The notes: generated by a model from the letters alone, not told the origin. A stretch of 64,000 nucleotides of DNA from an uncultured Candidatus Entotheonella sp. (GCA_965217185.1 OZ244252.1:2464001-2528000); one strand, 5' to 3'; counted from the first letter of the stretch, positions 9,297 to 19,604 are shown. Numbers and translations: made by a program.

Positions 9297-10910
9297 ATGC
9301 GTAACGCACACGTGCTTATGAAGAGTCTGGTTATATTGACGCTGGCGGTCCTGTTGTCGGGTCTTGCGCTCGCTGCCGAGCCCAAACGCGGCGGCACACT
9401 ACGGGTGGTCTATGGCAACAAGGTCTCCCACCTCGATTTCCACACCGCACCGGGCTACGAGATGATGTGGGTGGCGATGAACATCGGCTGCGGGCTGGTC
9501 AACGTCACGCCCGACGGCCAGTTCGTGGGCGACGCGGCGACCGCCTGGGAACTGTCGGACGATGCCCTGACGTGGACCTTCAAGCTGCGCGACGACGCTT
9601 TCTTCCACGACAACACCAAGGTGGACGCCGAGGCCGTGAAGTTCAGCATCGACCGCATCATGGACCCGGAAACGAAGTCCGGCATGCGGCGCTTCTACGA
9701 GTCGGTGCAAAGCGTCGAAGTCGTTGATCCACTGACCGTCAAGGTGCACATGAAGCAGCCCTACGCCTTCTTCCTGCACATGCTCGCCGGCTACCGAACC
9801 GGCCTGGTGCTCTACTCTCCCGCCGCCACGCAGGCGCACAGTCTCAAGGCCCGCAAGCGCGGCGACCCGAGCGCCGTCATCGGCTGCGGCCCGTTCCGCC
9901 TTATCGAGTGGGTGCCGAACAACCACTTGGTCATGGACCGCTGGGAGAAGTACTTCAAGCCCGGCCAGCCCTACGTGGACCGCGTCCTCATTCGCGTCAT
10001 TCGCGACCCTATCGCCCAGATGATCGCCTTCAAGACGGGTGAGATCGATTTCATCGCCTCCTTCAGTCCGGAGCACGTGCAGACGATTCAGGCCCAGGTT
10101 CCCGAGGCGCTGGTGCTGACCGGCCCGGAAACCACCCCCATGGTGCTGCGCGGCAAGGTGACGGTGCCCTGCGACGGCAAGCCCGACGCCTCGATGACCA
10201 ATCCGCGCTGTCCGCATCCGATCTTCGGCGACATCCGCACCCGCAAGGCGCTGCTGTGTTACGGCATCGACCGCGAGGAAATCGTCAAAGTAGCCCTGCG
10301 CGGCCTGGCGACGCCGTGGGTCGGCATGATTCCGCCCGGCACCTTGGATACGGTAGATGTCAATTACATGTGCCCCTACGATCCTGACAAGGCCAATGCC
10401 TTGCTGGCCGAGGTGGGTTACGGACCCGACAACCCGTTGGTTACCGAGTTGACCACCGACACGGAAAAGGCGGTATTCAACGCCATTGCCACGGTGGTCA
10501 AGGATCAGTTGGCGCGCCTCGGGGTGACCGTGAACATCAAGCTGGTGGACAAGGTGACCTGGATGAACACCGGCCTCAAGGACGGGCCGTGGGACATGGA
10601 CGTCGAGGACTTGCTGTCGCTGTTGACCCTGGACAGCAACGCCTACCTGACGGTGACCCAATCGACGTGGAACCAGACGCGCCAGACGGATGTGACGGTG
10701 GACGAGTACTTCGCCCGCTACGCGACCGAGATGGACGCCGACAAACGCCGCGCCATCGCCAAGGAATTCCAGGAGTTCATGGCCGACAAGCTCTATTGGA
10801 ACGTGGTGTCGGGTTCGCCGTTCTTCCAGATCGTGCAGCCGTGGATGAAGGGATACATCTTCAACTCGGAATTCGAGGTGCATTACGAGACGGTGTGGCT
10901 GGACAGGTAG
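9297..10910 (+). CDS. peptide/nickel ABC transporter substrate-binding protein (family 5)
   Basis: Signal peptide; TWTFKLR, FHDNTKVDAEAVKFS and GCGPF motifs. Confidence 0.92.
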   Translation: MRNAHVLMKSLVILTLAVLLSGLALAAEPKRGGTLRVVYGNKVSHLDFHTAPGYEMMWVAMNIGCGLVNVTPDGQFVGDAATAWELSDDALTWTFKLRDDAFFHDNTKVDAEAVKFSIDRIMDPETKSGMRRFYESVQSVEVVDPLTVKVHMKQPYAFFLHMLAGYRTGLVLYSPAATQAHSLKARKRGDPSAVIGCGPFRLIEWVPNNHLVMDRWEKYFKPGQPYVDRVLIRVIRDPIAQMIAFKTGEIDFIASFSPEHVQTIQAQVPEALVLTGPETTPMVLRGKVTVPCDGKPDASMTNPRCPHPIFGDIRTRKALLCYGIDREEIVKVALRGLATPWVGMIPPGTLDTVDVNYMCPYDPDKANALLAEVGYGPDNPLVTELTTDTEKAVFNAIATVVKDQLARLGVTVNIKLVDKVTWMNTGLKDGPWDMDVEDLLSLLTLDSNAYLTVTQSTWNQTRQTDVTVDEYFARYATEMDADKRRAIAKEFQEFMADKLYWNVVSGSPFFQIVQPWMKGYIFNSEFEVHYETVWLDR

Positions 10911-10935
10911 CCACGCCGCTCCGTGAGGGGTTGCC

Positions 10936-11913
10936 ATGCGGGAATACATCATTAAACGTCTGTTGCAGGTCATCCCGACCGTCCTGATGATCACCCTCGT
11001 GGTGTTCGCCATGATGCAGGCCATTCCCGGCGATCCGCTGATGGCCCTGCTGGGCGATGCCTATGATGAGGAAGACGCCCAGTTGTTGCGCCAGGAATAC
11101 GGCCTGGACAAGCCAATCATTTCGCAATACCTCATCTGGCTGGGGAAGCTGCTGCAGGGCGATTGGGGCGAATCGTTCATCAGCGCCCGCCCGGTGCTGC
11201 AGGACGTCCTGATGCGCTTGCCGGTCACCGCCGAGTTGATCGTCTTGGCCATGCTGGTGGCGCTGCTCATCGCCATCCCGGCCGGCACCATCGCGGCGTT
11301 GCGCCAGAACACCTGGGGCGACTACACCGCCATGTCCACCGCCCTGGTGGGCATTTCGATTCCCGATTTCTTTCTCGGTATTCTATTGCTGTTGGTCTTC
11401 TCGGTATCCTTTAACGGGCTGCTGCCGAGTTCCGGCTGGGTGTACCTGCCGGGCACGTGCCAGAGCCTCATCTGCGAGGCCAGCGTGTGGGGCAATCTGA
11501 AGCACGTCATGATGCCCGCCATCGCCCTCGGGGTCGGGCGGGCGGCCATCCTGACGCGACTGCTGCGTGCCAGTCTGCTCGAAATCATCCGCATGGAATA
11601 CGTCACCACGGCGCGTGCCAAGGGTTTGGCGGAGAGGCTGGTGATTCTGAAGCACGCCCTGAAAAACGCCCTCATCCCCACAGTCACCATCATGGGCCTG
11701 CAGGTCGGCTTCATGATCGGCGGGGCGATTGTCGTCGAAACCCTGTTTGCCATTCCCGGCCTGGGCACCTACGGCATCAACGCCATCATTCTGCGCGATT
11801 ACCAGCAGGTGCAGGGCTTCATCCTGCTGGTGGCGGTGTGTTTTGTGGTCATCAACGTATTGGTCGATCTGACCTACTCGCTCCTGGATCCGCGCATCCG
11901 GTACAACACTTAG
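10936..11913 (+). CDS. peptide ABC transporter permease (DppB-like)
   Basis: IPGDP, YVTTARAKGL and DPRIR motifs. Confidence 0.93.
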   Translation: MREYIIKRLLQVIPTVLMITLVVFAMMQAIPGDPLMALLGDAYDEEDAQLLRQEYGLDKPIISQYLIWLGKLLQGDWGESFISARPVLQDVLMRLPVTAELIVLAMLVALLIAIPAGTIAALRQNTWGDYTAMSTALVGISIPDFFLGILLLLVFSVSFNGLLPSSGWVYLPGTCQSLICEASVWGNLKHVMMPAIALGVGRAAILTRLLRASLLEIIRMEYVTTARAKGLAERLVILKHALKNALIPTVTIMGLQVGFMIGGAIVVETLFAIPGLGTYGINAIILRDYQQVQGFILLVAVCFVVINVLVDLTYSLLDPRIRYNT

Positions 11914-12039
11914 GCTCGTGACTCACAGGAGAGCTTTAATCCGCACGTTACGACATTCCCCCGTTACGAAATGCCCCCTGGATTGGGGGTAGGGGACCGC
12001 GGAACTCAACCTTTGCGATTTCCCGAAGTGCGGCCAGGA

Positions 12040-12072
12040 GTAGGTCGGATTAGCCGCAGGCGTAATCCGACA
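12040..12072. repeat. GTAG-type REP palindrome; related copies at about 20223-20253, 27576-27656, 27850-27937, 30821-30833 and 49198-49225
   Basis: gtaggtcggatta-gccgcaggcg-taatccgaca motif recurs, mostly just after stop codons. Confidence 0.85.
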
Positions 12073-12190
12073 TTCCGCTGTCCCTCTCCCCTGGCGGAGG
12101 GCAGGGGCAGCCAGCATGAGACGCTACCGAAATTCCTCAGTGCCTAATGCAATCGGTTTGTTACACGCACAGCGAACAGGAGGGTCCACG

Positions 12191-13138
12191 ATGAAGAGCC
12201 AGGTGCTGAACGGCGCAACCAACGGCAGCGCCGCCACCGCGGTGATCGAACCGGCAACGCCGGTGAGGCAGGCAAGCCCGCCTTCGGAATCGCTGTTGGC
12301 CCAGACCGCGCGACGGCTGAAGCGCAGTTACACGGCGCTCTTTGGGTTGGGTACCGTGGTACTGCTGATCCTGGTAGCGATTTTCGCCGACGTCCTGGCG
12401 CCGTACGATCCGGTGGTCAATTCCATGAACGAGATGTTCCAGGCCCCGAGTAGCGCACACTGGCTGGGCACCGATCAGTTCGGGCGCGACATGTTGAGCC
12501 GCATCATCCACGGCAGCCGGGTGTCACTGGCCGTCGGCCTGGCCTCCGTGTTGCTGGCCGTCTTCGTCGGCGTGCCGCTCGGCATCATCGGCGGCTTCTA
12601 TGGCGGCAAGGCCGACACCCTCATCATGCGTTCCATGGACCTCATTCTCGCCTTCCCCGTCTTCCTGCTGGCCATCATCATCATGATCATGTTTACGCCG
12701 ACCGCCGGACTGCTCGGCGCCATGAAGGTCATCATGGCCATCGGCATCGTGCGCATTCCCATCTATGCCCGGCTGGTGCGCGGCAGCGTGCTGTCCATCA
12801 AGGAAAAGGAATACGTCGAAGCCTGCCACGCCCTCGGCCAGCGCGACCCCAAGATTCTGCTGCGGCATATCCTCCCCAATTGCATGGCGCCGATCATCGT
12901 CACCGGCACCCTCAGCATCGCCACCGCCATCATCGTGGAAGCCTCCCTCAGCTTCCTCGGCCTGGGCACCCAGCCGCCAACCCCAAGCTGGGGCTGGGAC
13001 CTGAAGGCCAACGTCGCCTGGATTCAGCAAACCCCGTGGCTGGCGCTTGGTCCCGGCTTCGCCATTTTCATCACCGTCCTGGGTTTCAACCTGTTCGGCG
13101 ACGGCCTGCGCGACGCGCTGGACCCGCGGCTCAAGTAA
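12191..13138 (+). CDS. peptide ABC transporter permease (DppC-like)
   Basis: HWLGTDQFGRD, YVEACHALG and GDGLRDALDPR motifs. Confidence 0.93.
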   Translation: MKSQVLNGATNGSAATAVIEPATPVRQASPPSESLLAQTARRLKRSYTALFGLGTVVLLILVAIFADVLAPYDPVVNSMNEMFQAPSSAHWLGTDQFGRDMLSRIIHGSRVSLAVGLASVLLAVFVGVPLGIIGGFYGGKADTLIMRSMDLILAFPVFLLAIIIMIMFTPTAGLLGAMKVIMAIGIVRIPIYARLVRGSVLSIKEKEYVEACHALGQRDPKILLRHILPNCMAPIIVTGTLSIATAIIVEASLSFLGLGTQPPTPSWGWDLKANVAWIQQTPWLALGPGFAIFITVLGFNLFGDGLRDALDPRLK

Positions 13139-13197
13139 GCCGCCCTTCCGTTCCAGGAACTGGTTCTTGTGACCGGTGGAATCCGGGTTCTGGGGGT

Positions 13198-13309
13198 TAG
13201 CGCACTTTCGGTTCTCATTGCATTGCTTGCACTGCGATGAGTTCCCCCCACCGGCTCGCCTGCGGGCTGCGCCCTTGTTTCGCCGACTCCCCCTCAAGGG
13301 GGGAGTGAT
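13198..13309. repeat. 112-bp dispersed palindromic repeat; inverted copy at 52801-52912
   Basis: Near-identical reverse complement (ctccccctcaaggggggag core). Confidence 0.85.
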
Positions 13310-13455
13310 GGAGGGTGACGAACGAGCAAGTCAGATTGATCCGAAAATGCTCTAGCGCACCGCCCTGACCCGCGTGATTTTGGGTTCTCTTTGGTTTGCT
13401 GTAGGCGATCCATGAGGGGGCCGACATGGGAGGAGATTACAATAAGGATTGCAGA

Positions 13456-13523
13456 AAGGTACCTAACCCCCCTTATCGGGTGCGCCTTCCACGGCGCACC
13501 CGATAAGGGACGCTATGTCAATT
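13456..13523. other. 17-bp hairpin formed by two inverted group II intron 5' junction scars inside back-to-back dif-like sites
   Basis: cccttatcgggtgcgcc-ttccac-ggcgcacccgataaggg; 13482-13506 is identical to the intron 5' end and exon at 15719-15743. Confidence 0.7.
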
Positions 13524-13541
13524 TACGTGCGCCCTGTAAGC

Positions 13542-13859
13542 TCAGGCGATAGCACTTAGGCCCTTCTCCTGAACCAATGTTAGGAGCTTGAGCGAAGCCC
13601 CGGCAGGACGCTTCACGCCGCGTTCCCATTGGCTAATCAGACCCGTCGAAACATTCAGGTGCCGAGCAAAAACCGCTTGGCTCACTCGTTCGCGTTCGCG
13701 CAACGTACTGATTTGGTCCGGCTGCATCTGGCGTATAGGTGTCAGACAAAGGGCATCGAATTTCCGCAACGTCTGCTTATCCATGAGACCTGCCTCATGA
13801 AGATCGGATGCGGTTTCGTGGATTGCCCCGAGGGCGTCACTTCGATATGTCTTCCCCAT
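13542..13859 (-). CDS. higA: HigA-type XRE HTH antitoxin
   Basis: SQAVFARHLNVSTGLISQWERGVKRP motif; coupled to the upstream toxin. Confidence 0.88.
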   Translation of the reverse strand: MGKTYRSDALGAIHETASDLHEAGLMDKQTLRKFDALCLTPIRQMQPDQISTLRERERVSQAVFARHLNVSTGLISQWERGVKRPAGASLKLLTLVQEKGLSAIA

Positions 13860-14229
13860 GATGTTTCGTTACCTCTTTCAATTTCTTGCAGTCCAGCACT
13901 TTGGCAAGATCTGCTTCGTCATAGCCAAACATTTCATCCGCCAAGCTTCTGAAGCCCTCCAAATCGTCTCGTCGAAGGTTGCTACGGTTGCTCTTCGCAA
14001 AACCGTAGACAAAAAAAGCGTTGTCACCGGAACGGAACAGGATAATCGACCTGAAGCCGCCAGACCTCCCTTCGTTTCGGCGCGCGACTCTCTGTTTTAT
14101 CACGCCACCTCCGAGATCGGCGTCAATCAACCCTTTGTTGGCCCTGGCAATTGCGTCGTATAAAGCCGAGTTCTCAATCCCTTGTTGTTTAGCAAAGCGC
14201 TCGAACCATGTCGTTAGAAAAATCCTCAT
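13837..14229 (-). CDS. higB: RelE/HigB-family toxin
   Basis: DADLGGGVIKQRVAR, GRSGGFR and FVYGFAKS motifs. Confidence 0.88.
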   Translation of the reverse strand: MRIFLTTWFERFAKQQGIENSALYDAIARANKGLIDADLGGGVIKQRVARRNEGRSGGFRSIILFRSGDNAFFVYGFAKSNRSNLRRDDLEGFRSLADEMFGYDEADLAKVLDCKKLKEVTKHHGEDISK

Positions 14230-14557
14230 TGCTTAGAGTCTTTATGGCTAAAGAAAATTCATTAGAAGTCAGAATTCAATACGATCCATTGCTTGCACTG
14301 GCCAGCGTAGTATGATACCTAGTTCTATAAAACACAATAGAATATCTTGTCGCAACGGGCGAGTACAAGTGGGTGCTTGTACCGTTTGCCGTTAATTACA
14401 TGCAGATTTCAGGGCCTCCGATTACTGCCGCGGATAGGTTTTGGAGCAGAGCCAGACGCAACTTCGCATAAGGGCAGTTATGTCGCCTTCGGGACACCAG
14501 GTCACCTTTTCCGGGGTGTCCGGGAAGGGTTGACCCCAGTTCAAATTGGAGAACAAC

Positions 14558-14902
14558 ATGTCCAAGAACGCAACAGGATACGAAGCCGCTTGTAGCTTCC
14601 ATGACACTCACTATGAAGTGATCGGCGCATGGATTCTGGAACCAGGGAAGAAAATCACATTGGGCAAACAAGACAATCAAGTATGTCGGTTTTGCGGGCA
14701 GGGTTGTCCTGGGGTCACCTTTAAGAAAAAGGCACACGCCATACCGGAATCTCTTGGAAACAAAAGCCTCTACACCACTTATGAATGTGATGCATGCAAC
14801 CAGATGTTCGGCCAAGGAATCGAAAACGACTTTGGCAACTGGTCAAAACCAATGCGAAATTTTGCTGGAACAAGGGGTAAGAGGAGTGTGCCAACAATCA
14901 AA
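14558..14902 (+). pseudogene. HNH-endonuclease-like protein, interrupted by an antisense group II intron
   Basis: CRFC, AHAIPESLGN and CDACN zinc/HNH motifs; AT-rich; native frame ends at the intron. Confidence 0.75.
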
Positions 14903-15736
14903 ATGGAGTCTGCGGGAGGTTCGCAAGGTGGATTCGAACCGATGGAGATTGCGATACAACTCGCCGCTCTCCGAACCGAGCAGGCGGATTTACCGCACTC
15001 GGCTCTCCAGTGGGGATCATGCCTCTCGCACACGGAACACCCTGGCAACCGCGCACAGCAGGTGATCTTGCGAAAGCGGCACGACTTCCGCCCTGCGGCG
15101 CGCGGCGCTTTCAGTGGACCGCCGAGCCTGTTGACGCCTCGACGACCCCGCGCCTTGAAGGGGCGCGGCTCCTTCACTTGGGCATGTGATGCTGCCGGGT
15201 TTTCCGGTCATTGTTCGGGTAATAGGCTTGGCCACTCCCGAGGCCCTTCTCCCTTTGGACATCGCTCCTCACCTGAGGCCCCTTCCCTCCACCGGCATTA
15301 CCCGGTTTCCCCGGTACTGCGGGCCTCTCCGCCACCCTCACCGGCCCAACCTGACCCTCGCGGGCTTGTCAGTTGGCACGTGCCACGCCACCGGCCAGGG
15401 CTTCCCGTGTTGCGTCCATTCCCCTCTTCCATGCGTGCTGCCGCCACTACCCCGGCGGAACCCGTCGGTGCGTGTGTCGCTCACTTCCCGACCGGTGTCA
15501 GCCTTCCCCGTTATCAGGGCGGGTCGGCTTCCGCGTCATACCCCTTTCGAGGCCTGCTCGGCGTTTACTCGCGTTGCGGCCCGCATGGTCGCTAAGCCGC
15601 CCTTGGCGGCCCGTTACATCGGAGTGCTTCAGACGATGTCGTTACCTCCATCATCCGCTCCGACTGCTACCGGCTGGAACGACAGTTGCCGGGCGGGATT
15701 CGCACCCGCTGAAGAATGGCGCCTTCCACGGCGCAC
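14903..15736 (-). mobile_element. ORF-less group II intron (about 834 nt)
   Basis: 5' GTGCG at 15736; DI-DIII highly similar to the intron at 61264-63257; domain V gagccgagtgcggtaaatccgcctgctcggttc; putative 3' end ...actccAT. Confidence 0.85.
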
Positions 15737-15835
15737 CCGATAAAGGGGGGTTGGGGGTTGTACGATGGCTCAATCGTCACGTCGGCCGTCCTGGTTTGGC
15801 CCTCGTTACCCTCTTCAGGGGATGCGAAATTGTCC

Positions 15836-18328
15836 CTACGGCCACAGGAAGTCCGCCGCCAACAGGTCCGCCACCGCGATGCCTTCCAGCCGCACCGTGC
15901 CGCCGCCGTGGGCGCGCAGGTCCAGGATCGTGGCGCTGCCGTCCGCCGTCAGCGTCAGCGACGCGAAACCCTCAAGGCCCGCGAAGGCGCTCAGGTCGAT
16001 GCGGTCGCCCTCCTCGGGGGTGAAGTCGGTGATCGTGTCGGCGCCGTCACCGGCGGCGAACACGAACGTATCGGCGCCCGTACCGCCCGTCAGGGTGTCC
16101 GCGCCGCCGTCGCCGTAGAGCTCGTCGTCACCGCCGCCGCCGTACAGATCGTCGTCACCCGACGCCGCGCCGCTGTCGTCGTCGTCGCCGTAGAGCACGT
16201 CGTCGTCGCCGCCCTTGCCGGACAGGGTATCGTCGCCGCCGTCGCCGAGCAGCACGTCATCACCCGCTTGCCCGCTCAGCGTGTCGTCGTCTGCGGTACC
16301 GGTGAGGCGCCGCGCGGTCGCCGGACCCAGCACCGTCGTCGATATCGTCGCCGACAGCGCCTGCCCGTCGCTGGTGCACACCGCCCCGGCGGTGCCGCAG
16401 GCGCGGCCCCCGGCGAGCGTCACCGTCACGTCGGCAAGCGAACCCGGCTTGACCGTCACCTTCCACAGGTCCTTGCGCCGGTCCACCCGCTTCGCCCCGG
16501 TCGCGCTCCCGCCGGACACCGATAACGACTGGTCGCGGAACGTCTGGAGGCTGATCGAGATGCCCTCGTTGAACGCGATCCTGAGCTTGAACGCCGTCTC
16601 CCCGTCATGCTCATAGGGCGTCTCCGCGAAACTCGCGGTCAGCGCCGCGGGTGCGGCCTCGGCCACCGTCGCCGCCGGCGTGTTGGCGAGCTGCCGCCGG
16701 TTCCCGCCCCGGGTGCAGATCGCCCCGGAGACCGCGCACTCGCGCCCGCCCGGCAGCGTGATCGTCACGTCTCCGTCCGAGCCCGGCGCCACCGTGATTT
16801 TCCACAGGTCGTGGCGCCCGTCCACCCGGCGCGCCTTGGTCACCTCGCCCCCGTCCACCGTGAACGAATCGTCGCGCATCGACCGGAAGCCGATGCCGAT
16901 GTCCTCGCTGAACGCCACCCGGAAGCGGAACGCGCTCTCCCCGTCATGCGACGCCGGCAGCCCCTCGAACGCCGCCGTCAGCGCTGGCTGCTGGGTCTCG
17001 GGACCCGGGCCGAGCACGATGCCCGCCGCCCCGCCGGACAGGGCTCTGCCGTCCGACGTGCAGACCGCGCCGTCCGCCGCGCAGTCCGCCGCCGGGGCCA
17101 GAGTGATCGACAGATCCTCGCGGCTGTCCGGCGTGACCGTGATCGCCCACACGCCGCTCTCCCCGCCGCCGCGGGCCGCGCCGGTCGCCGCGCCGCCCGC
17201 CACCGTCAGGACGCGCGTGCGCATGGCCTCGGGCGTGACCGCGACCGCCTCGCTGAAGGCGAGCCGGAAGGTGAACGCGGTCTCCCCGTCGTGCGTCGCC
17301 GGCAGCCCCTCGAACGCCGCCGTCAGCGGCTCCGCCACGCTGGCTTGGGCGGATGAGTCATCCGACGTCTCTTGCTGGGAGGTCTCCTCGGCACCTCGAC
17401 CTACACCAGCATGGGAAAGCAAGCCGGGACCATAGCTAGTAGCAAGACCAATGGTGCCAGTGGGAAGACCATCTTCGTGGTGGTGGTGCTGGCCGGGCGG
17501 CAGGTAAAAAACGTGATAGACATGGCTATGGGACCGATGTCTATGTAATACATAGTCATCATGCTCGTGGTTTATCTCAGGATGACTATGTACATCATCA
17601 GGACCATACCCCTCTAATGGGCCAGTAATGGGTGGATCCTGTCTTGCTACCCCGCTGTGTCTGGATCCCGTTGGATCGGCCACCTCATTATGTTTGTGAT
17701 TCACATACCATTCACCATCCCCACCATTGACGCGATGTGCGTGTGCCAGGGACTCTATGCCAAACGAAAAATGACCGTTCTCTCTAAACAAACCCTCGTC
17801 ATAATAATTACTATCGCGGGCATGACGATGACGTTCATACTCTAATTGAGAATCGGATCCAACTGCGTGGCCATGCCACGGGCCCAGTCCCAGTTCTCCG
17901 GCAATGGTGTCTTGCTCATGGGTTCCGGATTCCTCTACGTCTGGATGCTCATGGTTCCAATGAATATGTGGCATATACCAGGTTTGTTTTACCCTTCCGT
18001 CACCATTCTCGTTGTAGATCGGGCTGCCTTCTAAGATCGCGTCTTCGTCTTCTGCGCCTTCTGGGGCGTTTGGGTCGCGGTCTCTCCAGCGATCGAAGGT
18101 TCTGTCGTCATCGTCACGGGCGCCGTCGTTATTACCAGAAGGGTCTATAACATCAAAAGCAAAATTGAACCACATCGTATCACTCTTCTTATAGTGGTCG
18201 TGCCGTTGGTGACTTCTACTTGCTGCGTGAGAAGTTCTGGCGTTGTGTCCGCTTGTCTCGTGTGCGCCAGCGTAGTTGGCGACGCAGAGCACGGCGATCG
18301 CTAAAGCGATAGAAGCTAAGTTTTTCAT
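15836..18328 (-). CDS. secreted protein: signal peptide, His-rich domain, three repeated beta-type domains, RTX-like Ca-binding C-terminus
   Basis: MKNLASIALAIAVLC signal; 3x LTA(A/S)F...HDGE(T/S)AF repeats; GGxGDD nonapeptide-like repeats. Confidence 0.8.
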   Translation of the reverse strand: MKNLASIALAIAVLCVANYAGAHETSGHNARTSHAASRSHQRHDHYKKSDTMWFNFAFDVIDPSGNNDGARDDDDRTFDRWRDRDPNAPEGAEDEDAILEGSPIYNENGDGRVKQTWYMPHIHWNHEHPDVEESGTHEQDTIAGELGLGPWHGHAVGSDSQLEYERHRHARDSNYYDEGLFRENGHFSFGIESLAHAHRVNGGDGEWYVNHKHNEVADPTGSRHSGVARQDPPITGPLEGYGPDDVHSHPEINHEHDDYVLHRHRSHSHVYHVFYLPPGQHHHHEDGLPTGTIGLATSYGPGLLSHAGVGRGAEETSQQETSDDSSAQASVAEPLTAAFEGLPATHDGETAFTFRLAFSEAVAVTPEAMRTRVLTVAGGAATGAARGGGESGVWAITVTPDSREDLSITLAPAADCAADGAVCTSDGRALSGGAAGIVLGPGPETQQPALTAAFEGLPASHDGESAFRFRVAFSEDIGIGFRSMRDDSFTVDGGEVTKARRVDGRHDLWKITVAPGSDGDVTITLPGGRECAVSGAICTRGGNRRQLANTPAATVAEAAPAALTASFAETPYEHDGETAFKLRIAFNEGISISLQTFRDQSLSVSGGSATGAKRVDRRKDLWKVTVKPGSLADVTVTLAGGRACGTAGAVCTSDGQALSATISTTVLGPATARRLTGTADDDTLSGQAGDDVLLGDGGDDTLSGKGGDDDVLYGDDDDSGAASGDDDLYGGGGDDELYGDGGADTLTGGTGADTFVFAAGDGADTITDFTPEEGDRIDLSAFAGLEGFASLTLTADGSATILDLRAHGGGTVRLEGIAVADLLAADFLWP

Positions 18329-18732
18329 GATAGGTCTCCTTCTGAGAAGAGCGGCCCAGGGCCTCCCGGACATGCCGCTGAGGCGCTGTGCCTGCATGGC
18401 CCGCTCCTCTTCACGTGCAAAGCCGTTCGCAGTTTCGACCTCGCCCGTCGCCGAACTTCCTGCCGTCACACTGCCTGTCGCGCTGATCCTGTCGGGCACG
18501 CTGTGCTCCTCCGTTTGTGAGATGGATGCGGTCTTCCCCGCCGGCAGAATCTCTGATCACGTCGTTGCCGTGACCAGGGGCGCCGATTGCCCACACGCCG
18601 GAGGCGCACTATACACGAAACACGAAAATTAAAAAACGAAATACATCCCATATGGGAGAATAGTGGCTCAGCTTGAAAAGACTGGCTCACGTGTCCCAGA
18701 CGGGTTGCACGTTCGGTCGTCCGGCGCCGGTT

Positions 18733-18990
18733 TCCCCCTCACCCCGACCCTCTCCCATCAGGGAGAGGGGGAGATCCCCAGTCCGGGTCCCCTCCCCCTC
18801 CGTGGGGGAGGGCTAGGGAGAGGGGGAAGCGTTGGCGTGAGAAGGAAATTTGAAAGTGAGCCACTACCCAGGGCTCTTAGGTGGCCTTCAGGGCATGGAA
18901 ATTCCCACGAAAAGCCTGCCCTCGACTCCGATCGGGGGCGGGCATCCGCTGGCTGTCAATGGATATGCCGGGTCAAGCCCGGCATGACGT
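18733..18990. repeat. cluster of intergenic palindromic repeats
   Basis: ccctctccc...gggagaggg hairpins and atgccgggtcaagcccggcat palindrome. Confidence 0.65.
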
Positions 18991-19208
18991 GCAGGGCGGG
19001 GCCTATGCCTCTGGACGATGGCGTTCTGGCGGCAACTGTTGGAAGAGACGCCTCAAGATGCGTCAACAAGTTGCCAGGTGCGTAACATCATTTAGCCAAC
19101 TTGGAGGATTTTGGCGTTGCGACGCCTGCCCCAAACCCTTGTACTGCCAGACGGCAACAGGAGTCAGGTCTGATCGGGGTTGGGGTTTTGTAAGCGCCAG
19201 GAGCAGAA

Positions 19209-19553
19209 ATGGAAACAAGCGAGGAAGTGACCTTCAAGGAATTTCAGCGGGTTCGTATTCACGCTGGCACCATCGTTGAGGCGGCGCCGAACCTGCGGGC
19301 GAGGGTGCCGGCCTATGTGTTGCGAATCGACTTCGGGCCGCTCGGGCGGCGAACGAGCTCGGCACAGATCACCCATCACTACACGCCGCAGGATTTGATC
19401 GGGAGGCAGGTTGTGGCGGTGATGAACTTCCCGCCGAAACGGGTGGCAGGCGTCAAATCCGAGGTGCTGGTGCTGGGTGCCGTCAATGAGGATGGGAGCG
19501 TGGTGCTCCTGCATCCGTCCTTTCCGGTCGCCAACGGCACCCCCGTGGCCTGA
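19209..19553 (+). CDS. csaA: tRNA-binding protein / export chaperone CsaA
   Basis: IDFGPLG, SSAQIT, VMNFPPK and SEVLVLG motifs. Confidence 0.9.
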   Translation: METSEEVTFKEFQRVRIHAGTIVEAAPNLRARVPAYVLRIDFGPLGRRTSSAQITHHYTPQDLIGRQVVAVMNFPPKRVAGVKSEVLVLGAVNEDGSVVLLHPSFPVANGTPVA

Positions 19554-19604
19554 TCGTCACGGCATAGAAAGTGGAGATGGCGGCGTGGGGCGGTGGGAAG
19601 GGCG

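Noticed and set aside
14925..14945. tRNA T-loop-like GGTTCGAATCC on the minus strand
   Set aside because: No cloverleaf; lies within intron domain VI
14546..15595. 349-aa ORF as an intact protein
   Set aside because: After about residue 119 it reads through the antisense strand of the intron
15737..15760. dif-like site at the 5' exon of intron 1
   Set aside because: Has ccgataa and a G-run but no convincing XerD arm, so it does not itself support dif targeting
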